Source of the DNA: the human T2T-CHM13v2.0 reference genome, Homo sapiens
DNA length: 64,000 nt
Assembly: GCF_009914755.1 (NCBI RefSeq)
Contig: NC_060939.1
Reading direction: 5' to 3' (one strand)
Positions 33,086 to 46,879 of the stretch are shown here, in pieces. The number at the start of each line of letters is the position of its first letter. Position 1 is the first letter of the stretch. Position numbers and translations under genes: made by a program. The notes under the pieces are model-generated. The model did no database searches. It was not told the DNA's origin and was given only the letters and a program-made list of their open reading frames with translations.

Positions 33086-34363
33086 GTTGACTTCATATTT
33101 GTCATCAGAATCAAATGCAATAATGTATACGAATGTGCTTTGGTTAAATGTAAAGTTCTATTACAAACCTAGGGTTGAGGACCGAATTCTCTATCTTCTC
33201 TCTGTTCTTATCTCCTAGAATGCATGAAAAGTACCCTGGGGAGACAAATGTTTCATTTAGGTACAGTAATGAAACTGGAGGATATAAGTCAGTTCTGCAT
33301 CATGTTCGCCGTGACAGAAACTTTAAAATACTGGCATTAGAATAACCTAGAGGATCCCTAGCCTCCTCTGGACCTCTATGTTTTTTCCTTACACAGGGAT
33401 TTCTCCTTGTAAAATCCTTACACATTTAATTCCTTCTTGGTATTTGAGGACCTGAACTAATACACGGAACTACTGTTCTGCTGAACACTGTGGGAAAAAT
33501 ATGAGAGAAAAAAATTATCTCTGACTGAAGAGTGGAGCACACTACTGAAATAGACAAGTTGTCTGGCAGAGGACATCTCATGAATACCTCTCCCTGCCAA
33601 AGTCCAAACTACAGCATTTGATAAAGTAAACACTGAAATACCCCAACCATTTACATTTCAGAGAGAGCAGAGAATGCCAACTTTATCCCAGAGTGAACAC
33701 CCAGTTTGGTCAGGGATAGAAAGGCAGAACAGAGGCCCCAGGAAGGGAAAGGAGAAGGGAAGATACATAATATGGATCCAGTAATTTGCCATAATAACAA
33801 GTGTCCCCTTAAGCAAGAAGAGTAAAGTTTATTGGTTTTATATTAGTTGATAGTAAGAACAATGATTAAGAATGAGAGGAAAACATCCACCTCCCTGAAG
33901 GAGATTCTAAATGGGGTTTCTAACATTTCCAGCTCTCAAATGAGGATGGGTAATGATCCCTCATATTTCATTCTTAATGTGTCATGTAAACAACTAGGAG
34001 ACAAGCCTGCCTGGAGTTGCAGCCAACATACCAGTTTTCTCTAGCTAAGACTATATCTGATGTGTGAAAGGCACATCAGCCTTTCAGAGGTGGAAGAGTC
34101 AATGTTCCCCAGGGCTTCCTGTTGGTTTGCATCTTTGGTGATGCTTGGAAGGCAAGTATGCTAGTCCCAGAATCACCCACAGTCTGACTTGCACAGCCTC
34201 AGGGGACTGCTCCGGCAGCCTTTGTGAGGAGTTTAAAGTGCCTCTGGCACTCCTCAAAGTACTGAATGATCCAGGTGGAAACCTGGGAGTGAAAAGGAAA
34301 AAAAACATTTGACTTATGTCTACATTTATTGAAAAAAAAAATAGGATGCTGTGTTCAGTTATA

Positions 34364-34500
34364 AAGATCTCAAGAAAACATCCTCATTGGTCTAATTTGA
34401 AACCATACCAGCTGGGCAGATAAATCATTACATAAACTGCATCACTGCTATCAGAATATTTTAATGAAATGAGGAAAGGCTACGTATGTTTATATTCATG
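34364..34500 (+). repeat. Direct repeat copy 2 (partner at 31097-31230)
   Basis: See copy 1. Confidence 0.95.
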
Positions 34501-35599
34501 AATTCTCTTCATCACACACACACCAATGCTGAATTTGCTATAATTAGTTTTGTTCTCTACAGAAAACTTCATTTATTGGGGATGCCATTAAACAAGTGAA
34601 ATACAAATTACAAGTGACATTGATATGATCATAATCACTCCTTCCTGGCTTCCAGAGATATTTTCTGAGAGGAGCCTGCATTTCTACAGATGGCATAAAA
34701 AAAAATGAGGCCTGCAGAACACACCATTATTCCTGCGAGGCCCTCAGTTCATTAGTTGAAGCAGCCAAGTCTTCACGAGCCGCAACTGATCAGCAAATGG
34801 GAAGTGAGCAAGAGTATAAATTCCCAGCAAACCAAATCATTAACATTTGCTGCCTGCATCCTGGAAACACAGTAAATCAAATGTGTCATCATTTATCAAG
34901 ACAAAATATCATTACTAATTGGGATTAATTTGCTGCTGTGGGATTGCTGACCTTTGCTGAAAGAAAATAAAACTGCTCGTTAGCTGTCTTCATTTAATTT
35001 TCCTTGAAGTAGGGAGAGGGGAAAAGGCATTCTGGCTTAGGGAGGAGGGAGGAAAGGTAGGGTGGAGTGTTCTTATCTTCCTAACACTACACATTTTAAA
35101 GTCACAACTTGATGAGAGAACCTGCTCCTATGCTGTTGCCAATCCATAATCCAGGGTTTTCTATTTGTGATAACAATGCCTCTGGTTGTCATTGTCTGTG
35201 ATTTAACACTGTCTTGGGAAATAATAATTAAAATAATTGCCAGGGTAAAATTATACCTGGTTTCGTTTATAAATAGGAAAAGGCAAGCCCATTGCAACTC
35301 TAGGATTTATCTTTCTGCACTAACATTAAAGGTGATTCAAAAGAAATAACACATAAGTCTGAGCATCCCCAGTGATTCTACATCTGCCTGGGGTCTACAT
35401 GGAACCATTGACTCAATTATTTTGGGTATTAACTTTTACTCTAGTAGGTATCAATTTTTTTTTTTTTAGGGCAGATGAATATGTGTGCTATGCTAAATGG
35501 CTGTAAATGCTGGAGTCAGGATTCTTGTCTTTAGACTCTAAGGAAACTCTGGATCCTGAGATGTCAACTGTGGATTCAAATCAACACATTAAACACCAC

Positions 35600-35720
35600 T
35601 GATATTTACATTTTGTAAAACACTGCATACAAATTTTATTTATCTTGATCGTTGAGTTATTTGATGCCCCCTTAAATTTTGCTTCTGAGGAAAGTATCTC
35701 ATTCACCTTACCCTAGTTGT
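35600..35720. mobile_element. MER91-like hAT DNA transposon fragment
   Basis: tgatgcccccttaaattttgcttctgagg...ctcattcaccttaccctagt. Confidence 0.55.
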
Positions 35721-38700
35721 GACAGGCAATGTTGAAGATTAAATGATTTACTCATCACAACACCTAATGGGAAAACTGAAGATGAATAACCTTCCAAACC
35801 TGGCAAACAGTAGAATCAGGACCCAAATGGAGAGCATCAATGCCTGGTTTCAGCATCCATGCTCCTAATACTGCTATTCCTCTTAGCTACTGCGAGCAAA
35901 TCAGAGTGGATTAAGAAGTGGACCATGCCACCAAGTGGCGTCATGGGAATTTTAGACACACATATACTAACATGCGAACACACGTACACATACACACTCA
36001 CATACACGTACTTGAAACAATTATATACCAGGCAATAATTAAGAATGTGTGGGTGAGCCAATGTGTGCTACTGTGAAATTGAAGGTGAAAAAATGAAACC
36101 CCAATTGTTTTATTTAGGACTTCTACAAAGCACTGCACTGCCAAATCTGCAAGTCAGCGCTAGCCACTTGCTATGAAACACAAAATTCTGGACCAAAGCA
36201 GGAAAGGGGTTAAGGCAAATGTGCAGTCCAAGGCCTGGACACATCATAAGTCTCTGATCAAACGGTTTTGGGAGTTTGCAAATTTCCAATTCAAAAATGC
36301 CTTACTTATTTTGTCAACATAAGCTAATATGCAGTGGTAGGAAGCATATTAATATTTCTTCTTAATTGTTTTAAAACAATTTTCTCCTCTTAACTAGGAA
36401 AAACATTCTTCTCATATTTTTGCACTGTAGTGTGAGTTGCAAACTTTGTGTAACTTTTTTATTTTTTAAATTTTTGTGGGTACATAGGCATATATATTTA
36501 TTGGGTACATGAGATGTTTTGATACAGGTGTGCAACACGTAATAATCATATCATGGAGAATGGGGTATTTATCCCCTCAAGCATTTATCCTTTGTGTTAC
36601 AAACAATCCAATTATACTCTTTTAGTTATTTTTAAATATGCAATTAAATTATTATTGACTATAGTAACCCTGTCGTGCTAACAAATAGCAGGTCTTATTC
36701 ATTCTTTCTATATCCTTTTGTACCCATTAATCATCCCTCAACTCCCTACCACCATCCCCGCTCTACCCTTTCCAGTCTCTGGTATCCATCCTTCCACTCT
36801 CTATCTCCATGAATTCAATTGTTTTAATTTTTAAATCTCATAAATAAGTGAGAACACGTGATGTTGGTTTTTCTGTGCCTGTTTTGTTTCACTTAACATA
36901 ATGATCTCCAGTACCACCCATGTTGTTGCAAATGACTGGATCTCATTCCTTTTTATGGCTGAATAGTACTTCATTGTGTACATGTATCACTTTTTAAAAT
37001 CCATTAATCTGTTGACGGACACTAAGATTGCTTCCAAGTCTTGGCTATTGTGAACAGTGCTGCAACAAATGTGAGTGTGCAGATATCTCTTTGATATACT
37101 AATTTCCTTTCCTTTGGATATTTCCCAGCAGTGGGACTGCCAGATCACATGGTAGCTCTATTTTTAGATTTTTGAGGACACTCCAAACTGTTCTCTATAG
37201 TAGATGTACAAATTTACATTCCCACCAACAGTGTATGATCTTTTCATCCTCACCAGCATTTGTTATTACCTGTCTTTTGGGAAAAGAAAAAGCCACTTTA
37301 ACTGGGGTGAGATAATTCATAGTAGTTTTGGTTTGCATTTCTCTGATGATTAATGCTGTTGAGCACCTTTTCATATGCCTGTTTTCTATTTGCATGTCTT
37401 CTTTTGAGAAGTATCAATCCAAATCTTTTGCCCATTTTTTTCCTACAGAATTATTGGAGTTTCTTATGTATTCCGGTTATTAACCCCTTGTCAGAGGGTT
37501 AATTTGCAAATATTTTATCCCATTCTATGGGTTGTCTCTTCACTTTATTGACTGTATCCTTTGCTGTGCAGAAGCTTTTTAACTTGATGTGATCCCTCTT
37601 GTCCACTTTTGCTTTGGTTGCCTGTACTTCTGAGGTATTGTTCAAAAAATGTTTGCCCAGACCAATGTCCTGGAGACTTTCCCCAATGTTTTCTTGTAGT
37701 AGGTTCATAGTATGGGCTCTTAGATTTAAGTCTGTAATCCATTTTGATTTGAGCTTTGTATATGATGAGAGACAGGGGTTTAATTTCATTCTTCTGCATA
37801 TGGATATTCACTTTTCCCAGCACCATTTATTGACCAGACTGTCCTTTGTCCACTGTATGTTCTTGGCACCTTTGTTGAAAATGAGTTTACTGTAGGTGTG
37901 TGAATTTGTTTTTGAGTTCTCTATTCTGTTCCATTGGTCAATGTGTCTGTTTTTATGCCAGTATCATACTGTCTTGGTTATTGTATTTCTGTAGTATAAT
38001 TTGAAGTCAACTAATATTATTCCTATAGTTTTGTTCTTTTTGTTTGGGACAGCTTTGGCTATTCTGGGTCTTTTGTGGTTCCATGTAAATAATAGGATTT
38101 TTTTTCTATTTCCGTGAAGAATTTTATTGGTAGTTTGATAGGTATTACATAGAATCTGTACAGTGCTTTGGGTGGCATGGACATTTTAACCACATTATTC
38201 TTCCAATCCATGAACATGGAATATCTTTCTGGTTTTGGTGTCCTCTTCAATTTGTTTCAACACTGTTTTATACTTTTCATTATAGAGATCTTTCAGGTAT
38301 TTGGTTGATTCCTAGGTATTTAATTTTATTTTATTTGTGGCTATTGTAAATGGGATTACATTTTTATTTCTTTTTTTTAGATTGTTCACTTTTGGCATAT
38401 TGAAATGCTACTAATTTTTGCACGTTGATTTTGTATGCTGTAACTTCACTGAATTTGGTTATAAGTTCTAATCATTTTTTTGTGGAGTCTTTAGGTTATA
38501 CCAAATATAAGATCATGTCATCTACAAACAAGCATAATTTAAATTTTTCCTTTCCAATTTGGATGCCCTTTATTTCTTTCTTTTGTCTGATTGCTCTAGG
38601 TAGGGCTTCCAGTACTATGTTGAATAACAGTAGTGACAATGGGCATTCTTGTGTTCCAAATCTTTGAGGAAAGGCTTTCAGTTTTTCCCATAGTGCAGGT

Positions 38701-39231
38701 CTGATAAATGGCTTTTATTCTGTTGATTTATATTCCTTCTATACACAGTTTTTTGAGAGTTTTTTTCAAGAAGTGATGTTGAAGTTTATTAAATGTTTTT
38801 CCAGCATCAATTTAAATGATCACATGGTTTTTGTACTTCATTCTGTTGATATGATGTATCACATTGATAGATTTGCATATGTTGATTCATCCTTGCATCT
38901 CTGGGACAAATCCCACTGGCTCATGATGAATGATCTTTTTAATGTACTGTTGAATTTGGTTTGCTAGTATTTTTGAAGATTTTTGCATCAATATTCATCA
39001 GAGATATTGGCCTGTAGTTTTCTGTTTTTGATATGTCTTTGTCTGGTGTGGTATCAGGGTAGTACTGACTCCACAGAATGAGTTTGGAAGTATTTCCTCC
39101 CCCTCTATTCTATGGAATAGTCTGAGCAGGATTGGTATTAATTTTTTAAATGTTTGGTAGAATTCAGCAGTGAAGCCATTAGATCTCTGATTTTACTTAC
39201 TGGGAGATTTTTTTATCATGGCTTTGATTAC

Positions 39232-39623
39232 TGTATTAGTCCATTTTCACACTGCTATGAAGAACTACCTGAGACTGGGTAATTTATGAAGACAAGAGGT
39301 TTAATTGTCTCACAGTTCTGCAGGCTTAACAGAAAGCACGACATGGAAGCCTCAGGAAACTTACAATCATGGCAGAAGGTGAAGGGAAAGCAAGCACATC
39401 TTACTATGGCAGAGCAGGAGAGAGAAAGAGAGAGAGTAAAGGGGGAAGCCCTGCACACTTTCAAACAACCAGATCGTGTGAGAACTCACTCACTATTATG
39501 AGAAAAGCAAGGGGTAAGTCTGCCCCCATGATTCAATCACCTCCTACCAGGTTCCTCCCGCAACATGTGGGGGTTACTGTTCGAGATGAGATATGGGTGG
39601 GGACTCAGAGCCAAACTATACCA
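39232..39623 (-). mobile_element. MSTA-like MaLR solo LTR inside the L1MA2
   Basis: TG...CA ends; MST text; perfect 5-bp TSD attac at 39227-39231 and 39624-39628. Confidence 0.92.
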
Positions 39624-40313
39624 ATTACGTTTCTTGTTATTGGTGTGTTCAGGTTTTAGATTTCTTTCTGGTTCAATCTTAGCAGGTTGTATGTGTCTAT
39701 GAATTTGTCCATTTCTTCTAGATTTTCCAATTTATTGGTCAATAAGTGGTCATAGTAGCCACTAATGATCCTTTGAATTTCTACAGTATCAGTTGTAATG
39801 TCTCCTTTTCATTTCTGATTTATTTGGATTTTCTCTTTTTTTTTTTTTTTTTTTTGTTCAGGCTAAAGTTGTCAATTTTGTTTAATTTTGGTTTTTTTTT
39901 AGTTATCAACTTTAACTTTTCAAGAAAACCAACCTTTTGTTTCATCAATCTTTTGTATTGTGTTCTTCATTTCAATTTTATTTATTGCTCAGATTTTCTA
40001 GTTCTTTAAGATGTATCATTAGGCTATTTATTGGAAGTTTTTCTTTCTTTATTATAACCACTTATACTGCCTTTGCTGTATCCCATAGGTTTTGGTATGT
40101 TGTTTTTATTCTCATTTGTCTCAATAATCTTTTATTTTTTTTCTTAATTTTTTCATTGATCCACTGGTCATTCAGGAGCATATTGTTTAATTTTCATGTA
40201 TTTGCATAATTTCCAAAATTCTTCTTGTTGCTGATTTCTACTTTTATTCCATTGTGGTCAGAGAAGATGCTTGAGATTATTTCAATTGTTTTGAATGTTT
40301 TAAGACTTGTTTT

Positions 40314-40475
40314 TTGAGGTGGGGGGAGGGGGGAGGGATAGCATTTGGAGATATACCTAATGTTAAATGACGAGTTACTGGCTGCAGCACACCAACATGG
40401 CACATGTATACATATGTAACTAACCTGCATGTTGTGCACATGTACCCTAAAACTTAAAGTATAATAATAAAAGAA
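40314..40475 (+). mobile_element. Extremely 5'-truncated L1PA (PA4-like) 3' end inside the L1MA2
   Basis: G-rich tract, then gatagcatttggagatatacctaatgttaaatgacgag...cttaaagtataataataaaa; TSD aagacttgtttt at 40302-40313 and 40476-40487. Confidence 0.93.
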
Positions 40476-43400
40476 AAGACTTGTTTTGTGACCTAACATA
40501 TTGACTATCCTTGAGAACGATTCATGTCCTGAGGAAAAGAATGTGTATGCTGCAGTTGGATGAAGTGTTCTGTAAACATCTATTAGATACATTCGGTCTA
40601 TAGTGCAGATTAAGTCTGACATTTCTTTGTGGATTTTCTGTTTGGAAGAGCCACTCAATGTGGAAAATGGGCTGTTAAAGGCTCCAGCTATTGATGGTAT
40701 TGGGACCTACCTCTCTCTCTTTAGCTCTAATACTATATTCCTTTATAGATCTTTATATATGCACCTATCTTTATTGGGTGCATAAATATTTAAAATTGTT
40801 ATATACTCTTGTTGAATTGACCCCTTTCTCATTATACAGTGATCTTATTTTTCTCTCTTTTTTTTTTATCTTGAAATCTATTTTGTCTGATGTAAGGATA
40901 CCTACTCCTGCTCTTTTTTTGTTTCCATTGGCAGGGAATATTTTTTTCCATCCCTTTATTTTCAGTCTATGTGTGTCTTTATATGTGAAGTGTGTTTCTT
41001 GTAGGCAATAGATGATTGGGTCTTGTTTTTTCATCCATTCAGCCACTCTATGTCTTTTTATTGGAGAGTTTAGCCCATTTACATTCAGCGTTATTGATAA
41101 ATAAGTACTTGCTTCTGCCATTTTAAAATTTGCTTCCTGGTTGTCCTATGGCTTTCTTTTCCTTCTTTCTTTCCTCCCTGTCTTTCTTTTAGTGAAGGTG
41201 ATTTTCTCTGGTAATATGATTTAGTTTTTTTCATTCTATTTTTTGTGTAGCCATTATATGTTTTTTGGTTTGGGGCTACATGAAGCTTGTAAATACTCTT
41301 ATAACCCATTATTTTAAGCTAATAACAACTTAAAACTGTTTGCTTAAACAAATAAACAAGCAAATAAGCAAAAAGAAAACTGACAAATACTCTACACCTT
41401 AACTTTGTCCCCCTGCTCCTTAACTTTTTTGTTTCTATTTATACGTTATTGTACTGTCTATGTCTCGAAAAGTTGTTGTAGTTCTTTTTGTTGTTTTGTT
41501 GTTACTGGTTCATCCTTTAGTCATTCTGCTAGGGATAAGAGTAATTTACATACTACACTCACAGTGTTGTAATATCCTGTGTTTTTTTCTGTGTACTTAC
41601 TATTACCAATGACTTTTATACTTTTAGGTGATTACCTATTGCTCACTGATATCCCTTTCTTTATGACTGAAGTACTCCCTTCAGCATTTTTTGCAGGAGA
41701 GGTCTGGTGTTGATGAAATCCCTCAGCTTTTGATTGTCTAGGAAAGTCTTTATTTCTCCTTGTTTGAAAGATATTTTCACTGGATATACTATTCTAGGAT
41801 AAAAGCTTTATTCCTTCATCACTTTTAATATGTCATGCCACTCTCTCCTGGCCTGTAAGGTTTCCACTGAAAAGTCTGCTGCCAGATGTATTGGAGTTTC
41901 ATTGTTTGTTATTTATTTCTTTTCTTTTGCTGCTTTTAGGATCCTTTCTTGATCCTTGATGTTTGGGGATTTGATTATTAAATGCCTGGAGGTAGTCTTC
42001 TTTGGGTTAAATCTGCTTGGTATTCTATAACCTTCATGTGTTTGGATAGTGATATCTTTCTGTAGGTTTGAGAAGTTCTCTATTATTATTGCTTTGAATA
42101 ACCTTTTTATCCCTATCTCTTTCACTACCTCCTCTTTAGGGCCAATAATGCTTAGATTTGCCCTTTTGAGGCTTTTTTTTTTTTTATTTTAGATCCTGTA
42201 GGTGTGCTTCATTTTTTAAATTTTTTTCTTTTGTCTCTTCTCGCAATGTATTTTCAAATAGCCTGCCTTAAAGTTTGCTAATTCTCTTCTGCTTGATCAC
42301 TTCTGCTATTAAAAGACTCTGATGCATTCTTCAGTAATGCAAGTGCATTTTTTCAGCTGCAGAATTTCTGCTTCTTTTTTATTATTTCAATTTCTTTGTT
42401 AAATTTATCTGATAAAATTCTGAATTCCTTTGTGTTATCTTGAATTTCTTTGAGTTTCCTCAAAACAGCTATTTTGAATTCTCTATCTGAAAGGTTTGAT
42501 ATCTCTATTTCTCCAGGACTGGTCCCTGGTACCTTATTTATTTAGTTCATTTGGTGAGGTCATGTTTTCCTTGATTGTATTGATACTTGTAGATGTTTGT
42601 CTGTTTCTGGGCCTTGAAGTTAGGTTTTTATTATTGTTTTCACAGTCTGGGCGTTTGTATGCATTCTTCTTGGGAAGTTTTTCCAGATATTCAAAAGGAC
42701 TTGAATTTTGTGATCCAGCCTGTATCTGCTTTAGGGGCCATTCCAAGCCCAGTAACACTGTGGTTCTTGCAGACTCATAGAGGTACCATCTTGATTGTCT
42801 TGGACAAGATAGACACAGGGGGATTCTCTAGATTAACAGGCAGAGACTTTTGCTTTCCTCCCTTACGTTCTCCAAAACAAATGGAGTCTCTCCCTCTTTT
42901 CTAAGCCACTTAAATCTGACAGTAGAGTGACACAAGTAGCCCTGCAGCCCCCACCATTATAACTGCACTGAGTCAGACCTGAAGCCAGCACAGCACTGAG
43001 TCTCACCCAAAGTCTGGTGTAACATCTTCTTGGTTATTGTCTGTGTTTGCTCAAGGTCCCAGGGCTCCACAATCAGTGGTGTCAAAACCAGCCAGGAACA
43101 TGTTTTTCCCTTTGGAGCGGTGAGTTTTCACAGGCCCCAGTATGGTTCAGAGGTGCTGTCCAAAAGCCAGAGACTAGAGTCAAAAATCTTAGAAGTCTAA
43201 CTGGAGTTCTATTATTGTACTGCAGCTGAGGTGGCACTCAGACCACAAGAGACACTCATTCTCATTCTTTACTCCCATTTCCAATGGCAGAGGAGCTTCA
43301 ATCCATGGCCACTGCCACCATAGGCCCATGGGGAGTACTGCCAGACTACCAGTGATGTTTCCTTAAGGTCCAAGTGCTCTTCAATCAGTTTGCAGTGAAT

Positions 43401-46084
43401 GCTGCCTGGCCTGGGACTCATCCTTCAGGGCAGTCCCCTCTGGCCTAGGAAAGGTGCAAAATGCCATCCAAGAGCCAAGTCCTGGAATTGGAGACCCCAA
43501 GAGCCTGCTTGGTACTCTACCCTGTGGCCAAGGTGCAAGAAAAAGCCCCCTCTACTTTCCCTCTGCTTTTCTCAAGCAGAAGGTATCCCACACCATAGGC
43601 ACCACAGCTGGGAATGTGCTGAGTCTCACTGGAAGCTGGGAAGTCTCAGAGTCTCATCCAAGGCCTTTGACATAGTACCTGGGTATCACTGCTGGTTATT
43701 CAGAGCCCAAGGCTATCCACTTACCAGGTGATGAATTCTGGCAGGACTGGATCCTTCCCTTCAAGGCAGCAGGTTCCCTTCTGGCCCAGTGTATATCTAG
43801 AAATGATGTCCAGGAGCTAGGGCCTGGAAAGGGAGCCTCAAGACTCTGACTAATACACTATCCTGTTGTGGCTGAGCTGGTATCCAAGATGCAAGACAAA
43901 GTCCTTCCTACTCTTCCTTCTCAAGTGAAGAAAGGGGTCTCTTTTGGAGCCATAGTCTGTGCAGCCTGTGGTTAGGGGAAGGGTGATGCCAGCACTCCCT
44001 TAGCTGTCCCAGTTGGTGTCTAAGTATGTCACGTGCCCACTGTCTATACACTGTCTTTTGGCCCAGTTCAGCACTAGCATTTTCCTGGGAGCTGCAGTCC
44101 TTGTGCCCTCGATTGCCTTTCACATTTATTTAGATCCTCAGAGCACTTTTGCTCATGGTGGTGAGGCTTGAGGGAACTCAAGTTCTGACCACTGGGAACA
44201 GCGATTTCCCTCTGACTAGGGCTGGTTTAAATGCTCCCTCTTTGGGTGGGCATCAGCTGAGTTTGGTCCAGTTTTTCTTTATGCTATAATAGGGCAGCAC
44301 TGAGTTCAATGCCTCACAATTGCTGTGCTCTCCCTCCCCAACACACAGAAATGCTCTCTGCACCATGCCGCTACTGCCAGGGGTGGGTATGAGTGAGGGG
44401 TGGCATCAGCAATTCAAGACTGTTCTTTCTACCTCTTCAATGGTATGAAGTTAAAACCAGGTACTGTGAGTGCTCACCTGATTTTTGGTTCCTATGAAGG
44501 CGCTTTGTTTACGTGTAGATAGTTGTTAAATTGATGTCCTTGCAGGGGGGATGATCAATGGAGTTTTCTATTTCACTATCTTGCTCCACCTCCTCCCTAT
44601 AATAACTTGTGTAACTTTTAAAAAAAGATGTGTGAGGTGGCACATTGAGGTTGGGCGGGAGGAGGGAGGCAGGGGTGTCAAACCAGGCCAATTTCCCTTA
44701 ATTCTGATATAATAAATTATAATTTTGCTAAAATGTGTGATATTTCATAGCTCAGTGTCATGGAGAGACCCCAATGCATGAGTTGTAGAAACTCTTGAAG
44801 AAGATGGGTAGTTAAGCTCCTCTGAAGGAGAAGAGCTGTGAGTTAATGCACTGCCTGCTTATGATAGAGAGAACTTGCAAAGAAGTGAGGACCAGGTGGA
44901 CACATTTAGAAGTCCCACAGCCCTTACCAAAATCATGTTCCTTCAAGCCTTGTCCAAGTGCAGCTGACTTTAGGAAACTGAATTGATGACTCTGCAATGC
45001 TTCAGAAAAAATAAGTTTATGTACCTGAAAGTTATTTTAGTTCAAGACGGTCTTGTTACAGATTTTTCTTCTTCCTATTCACTCAAATCTAATCTTAAAT
45101 CTTGTTGATGTTAGAATTCTCAGGCATTCAACCTTGGTCCAAATAGGTCACATAATTTCAACCACATTACTTTGTTTTTATCACTGATTGCTCTTAGTGC
45201 CTTTATCTTACCCTGAACTCAATATGGGACAGCCAAGGATTTCATGAATTTGATTTGCTAGTACCCAGAATTGACTGCCTAACATTGTTAGGAGTTAAGA
45301 AATTCCTATTCATATACAAACTTTAAAAAATCTCCCTACCCTGCACCAGCTACTAGTTTCAACTACATGATACACAGAAGTAGTTTTAATTAAAGATAAT
45401 ATCTATAGAGACATCAATTTTATAACCTACTCCTTCTCCAAAACTCAATTAGACTCTGAAAGTTTTAGTTAACAGCATTATAATAACTGGATTGTATGCT
45501 TAATCCTTATGGGTCCTTGTAGTTCTACCCTAAATGTCATGTAAATGTATTTTTTTATTTGGGAGTTAAGAAATAAAGACAGCATTGTTTTTTTAAAAAA
45601 AGCATAAGATGAGGTAAAAGTTTATGCAATTTTGCTAAATCCCCTAACATTTCAAATTATAGCTACAGCTCTAAAATTTTGTCTGCCAGCACCTTTCTAG
45701 TGAGGAGTTGCTAGTGATCCTCTAACTAAAAATTAGATCAATGCCCTGCACCTTCAGACTTTGGGAGGCTTCTGGTGGGGCCAACTGAATGCAATGTATG
45801 AAAAATTGAAGCCAGATTTGCTTGTAAAATTTTACTAATATTTAATAATCTCATGGTATATAGCTCAAAGGAGGAAGCTTTGACCAAAGTGTATGCAGGC
45901 TCAGACTTTCCATATTACAGTATCACTCAGTCCTCTATGAGTTATGCCCTAACATATTCACACTACTCACACCACAGCAGAGGACGTGGGGTCTACAAGA
46001 TCTGCACTGTGTCTGGGGGTTATCTTATCTAGTGATCTTGCACAAGCCTGAGGCCAGTGGTTCCAGATGCTCAGAATTTCAAGA

Positions 46085-46400
46085 CCTTTTATTAAATTGT
46101 GCATATTTATGGGATACAGAGTGATATTTTAATACATATATACAACGTGTAATGATTAAATCAGGGTAATTAGCGTATCATCACCTCAAACATTATTTGT
46201 GCTGTGAACAGTCAAAATCTAGCTTTCAAAAACATACAATCAATTATAGTTGATCATATTCACGCTACAGTGCTACAGAGCATCAGATCTCATTTCTCCC
46301 ACATAGCTGTAATTTTATGTTTGTTAATTAATTTTTCCTCATCCTCCCCTTCCCACTACCTTTCCTTACCCTCTAACACTCACAATTCTACGTTGTAGTA
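46085..46400 (-). mobile_element. L1MA (older, MA6-9-like) 3' end fragment
   Basis: atatttatgggatacagagtgatattttaatacatatatacaacgtgtaatgattaaatcagggtaattagc. Confidence 0.8.
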
Positions 46401-46704
46401 TGGCTTTTTTTAAATTCTGGATTTTTCTGGCAAAGAATGCTGTATTTCTGGCAAAGAATATTGTCCAGGGACATGTTAACTTTGTCCCCCCCACCCCATG
46501 ATCCAATTCAAATAAATAAGGCAACACTAAAATTGTATAGGTCTTCCAGAGCAAGTATTGTGAAAGTCAGCAACTTCAAATGTGCTTTATACTAATTCCC
46601 TTCTATCTAATCAGTAAAGTAAAAAGGTCTATATATATTATAATGTAAAGGAAAAGAAAATATTATATACTATAGAGATATGTGTGTATATATCCTATAC
46701 ACTG

Positions 46705-46879
46705 TATATGCTATAAAGATATACTATATAAAGAATCACATTATAAGTAGCTTGCAAACTTCTAGAGACAGAAATGATGACATAAATTTCTTGCTTATAT
46801 GCTATAAAGATATATAAAGAATCACATTATAAGTACCTTGCAAAATTCTTAGAGACAGAGATGATAATGTAAATTTCTT
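46705..46879. repeat. Two-copy tandem duplication, unit ~85-91 bp
   Basis: tatatgctataaagatat..aaagaatcacattataagta.cttgcaaa..tagagacaga.atgat..taaatttctt begins at 46705 and again at 46796. Confidence 0.92.

Larger units (their letters stand above)
36459..44606 (-). mobile_element. Full-length L1MA2-like LINE-1 (~8.1 kb including later insertions), ORFs decayed
   Basis: L1MA1-3-type 3'UTR (gtaataatcatatcatggagaatgggg...cccctcaagcatttatcc); ORF2 pieces including the EN start (40771-41121, TLNVNGLNSPIKRHR); ORF1 pieces (41913-42125); ~2-kb 5'UTR; TSD ttgtgtaactttt at 36446-36458 and 44607-44619. Confidence 0.88.

Noticed and set aside
32684-39623. Two similar MaLR LTRs as the ends of one provirus
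   Set aside because: Each has its own 5-bp TSD, they belong to different subfamilies, and one lies inside an L1. They are independent solo LTRs.
40194-40658. 154-aa chimeric ORF
   Set aside because: A chance read-through of decayed L1MA endonuclease sequence across an antisense L1PA tail.
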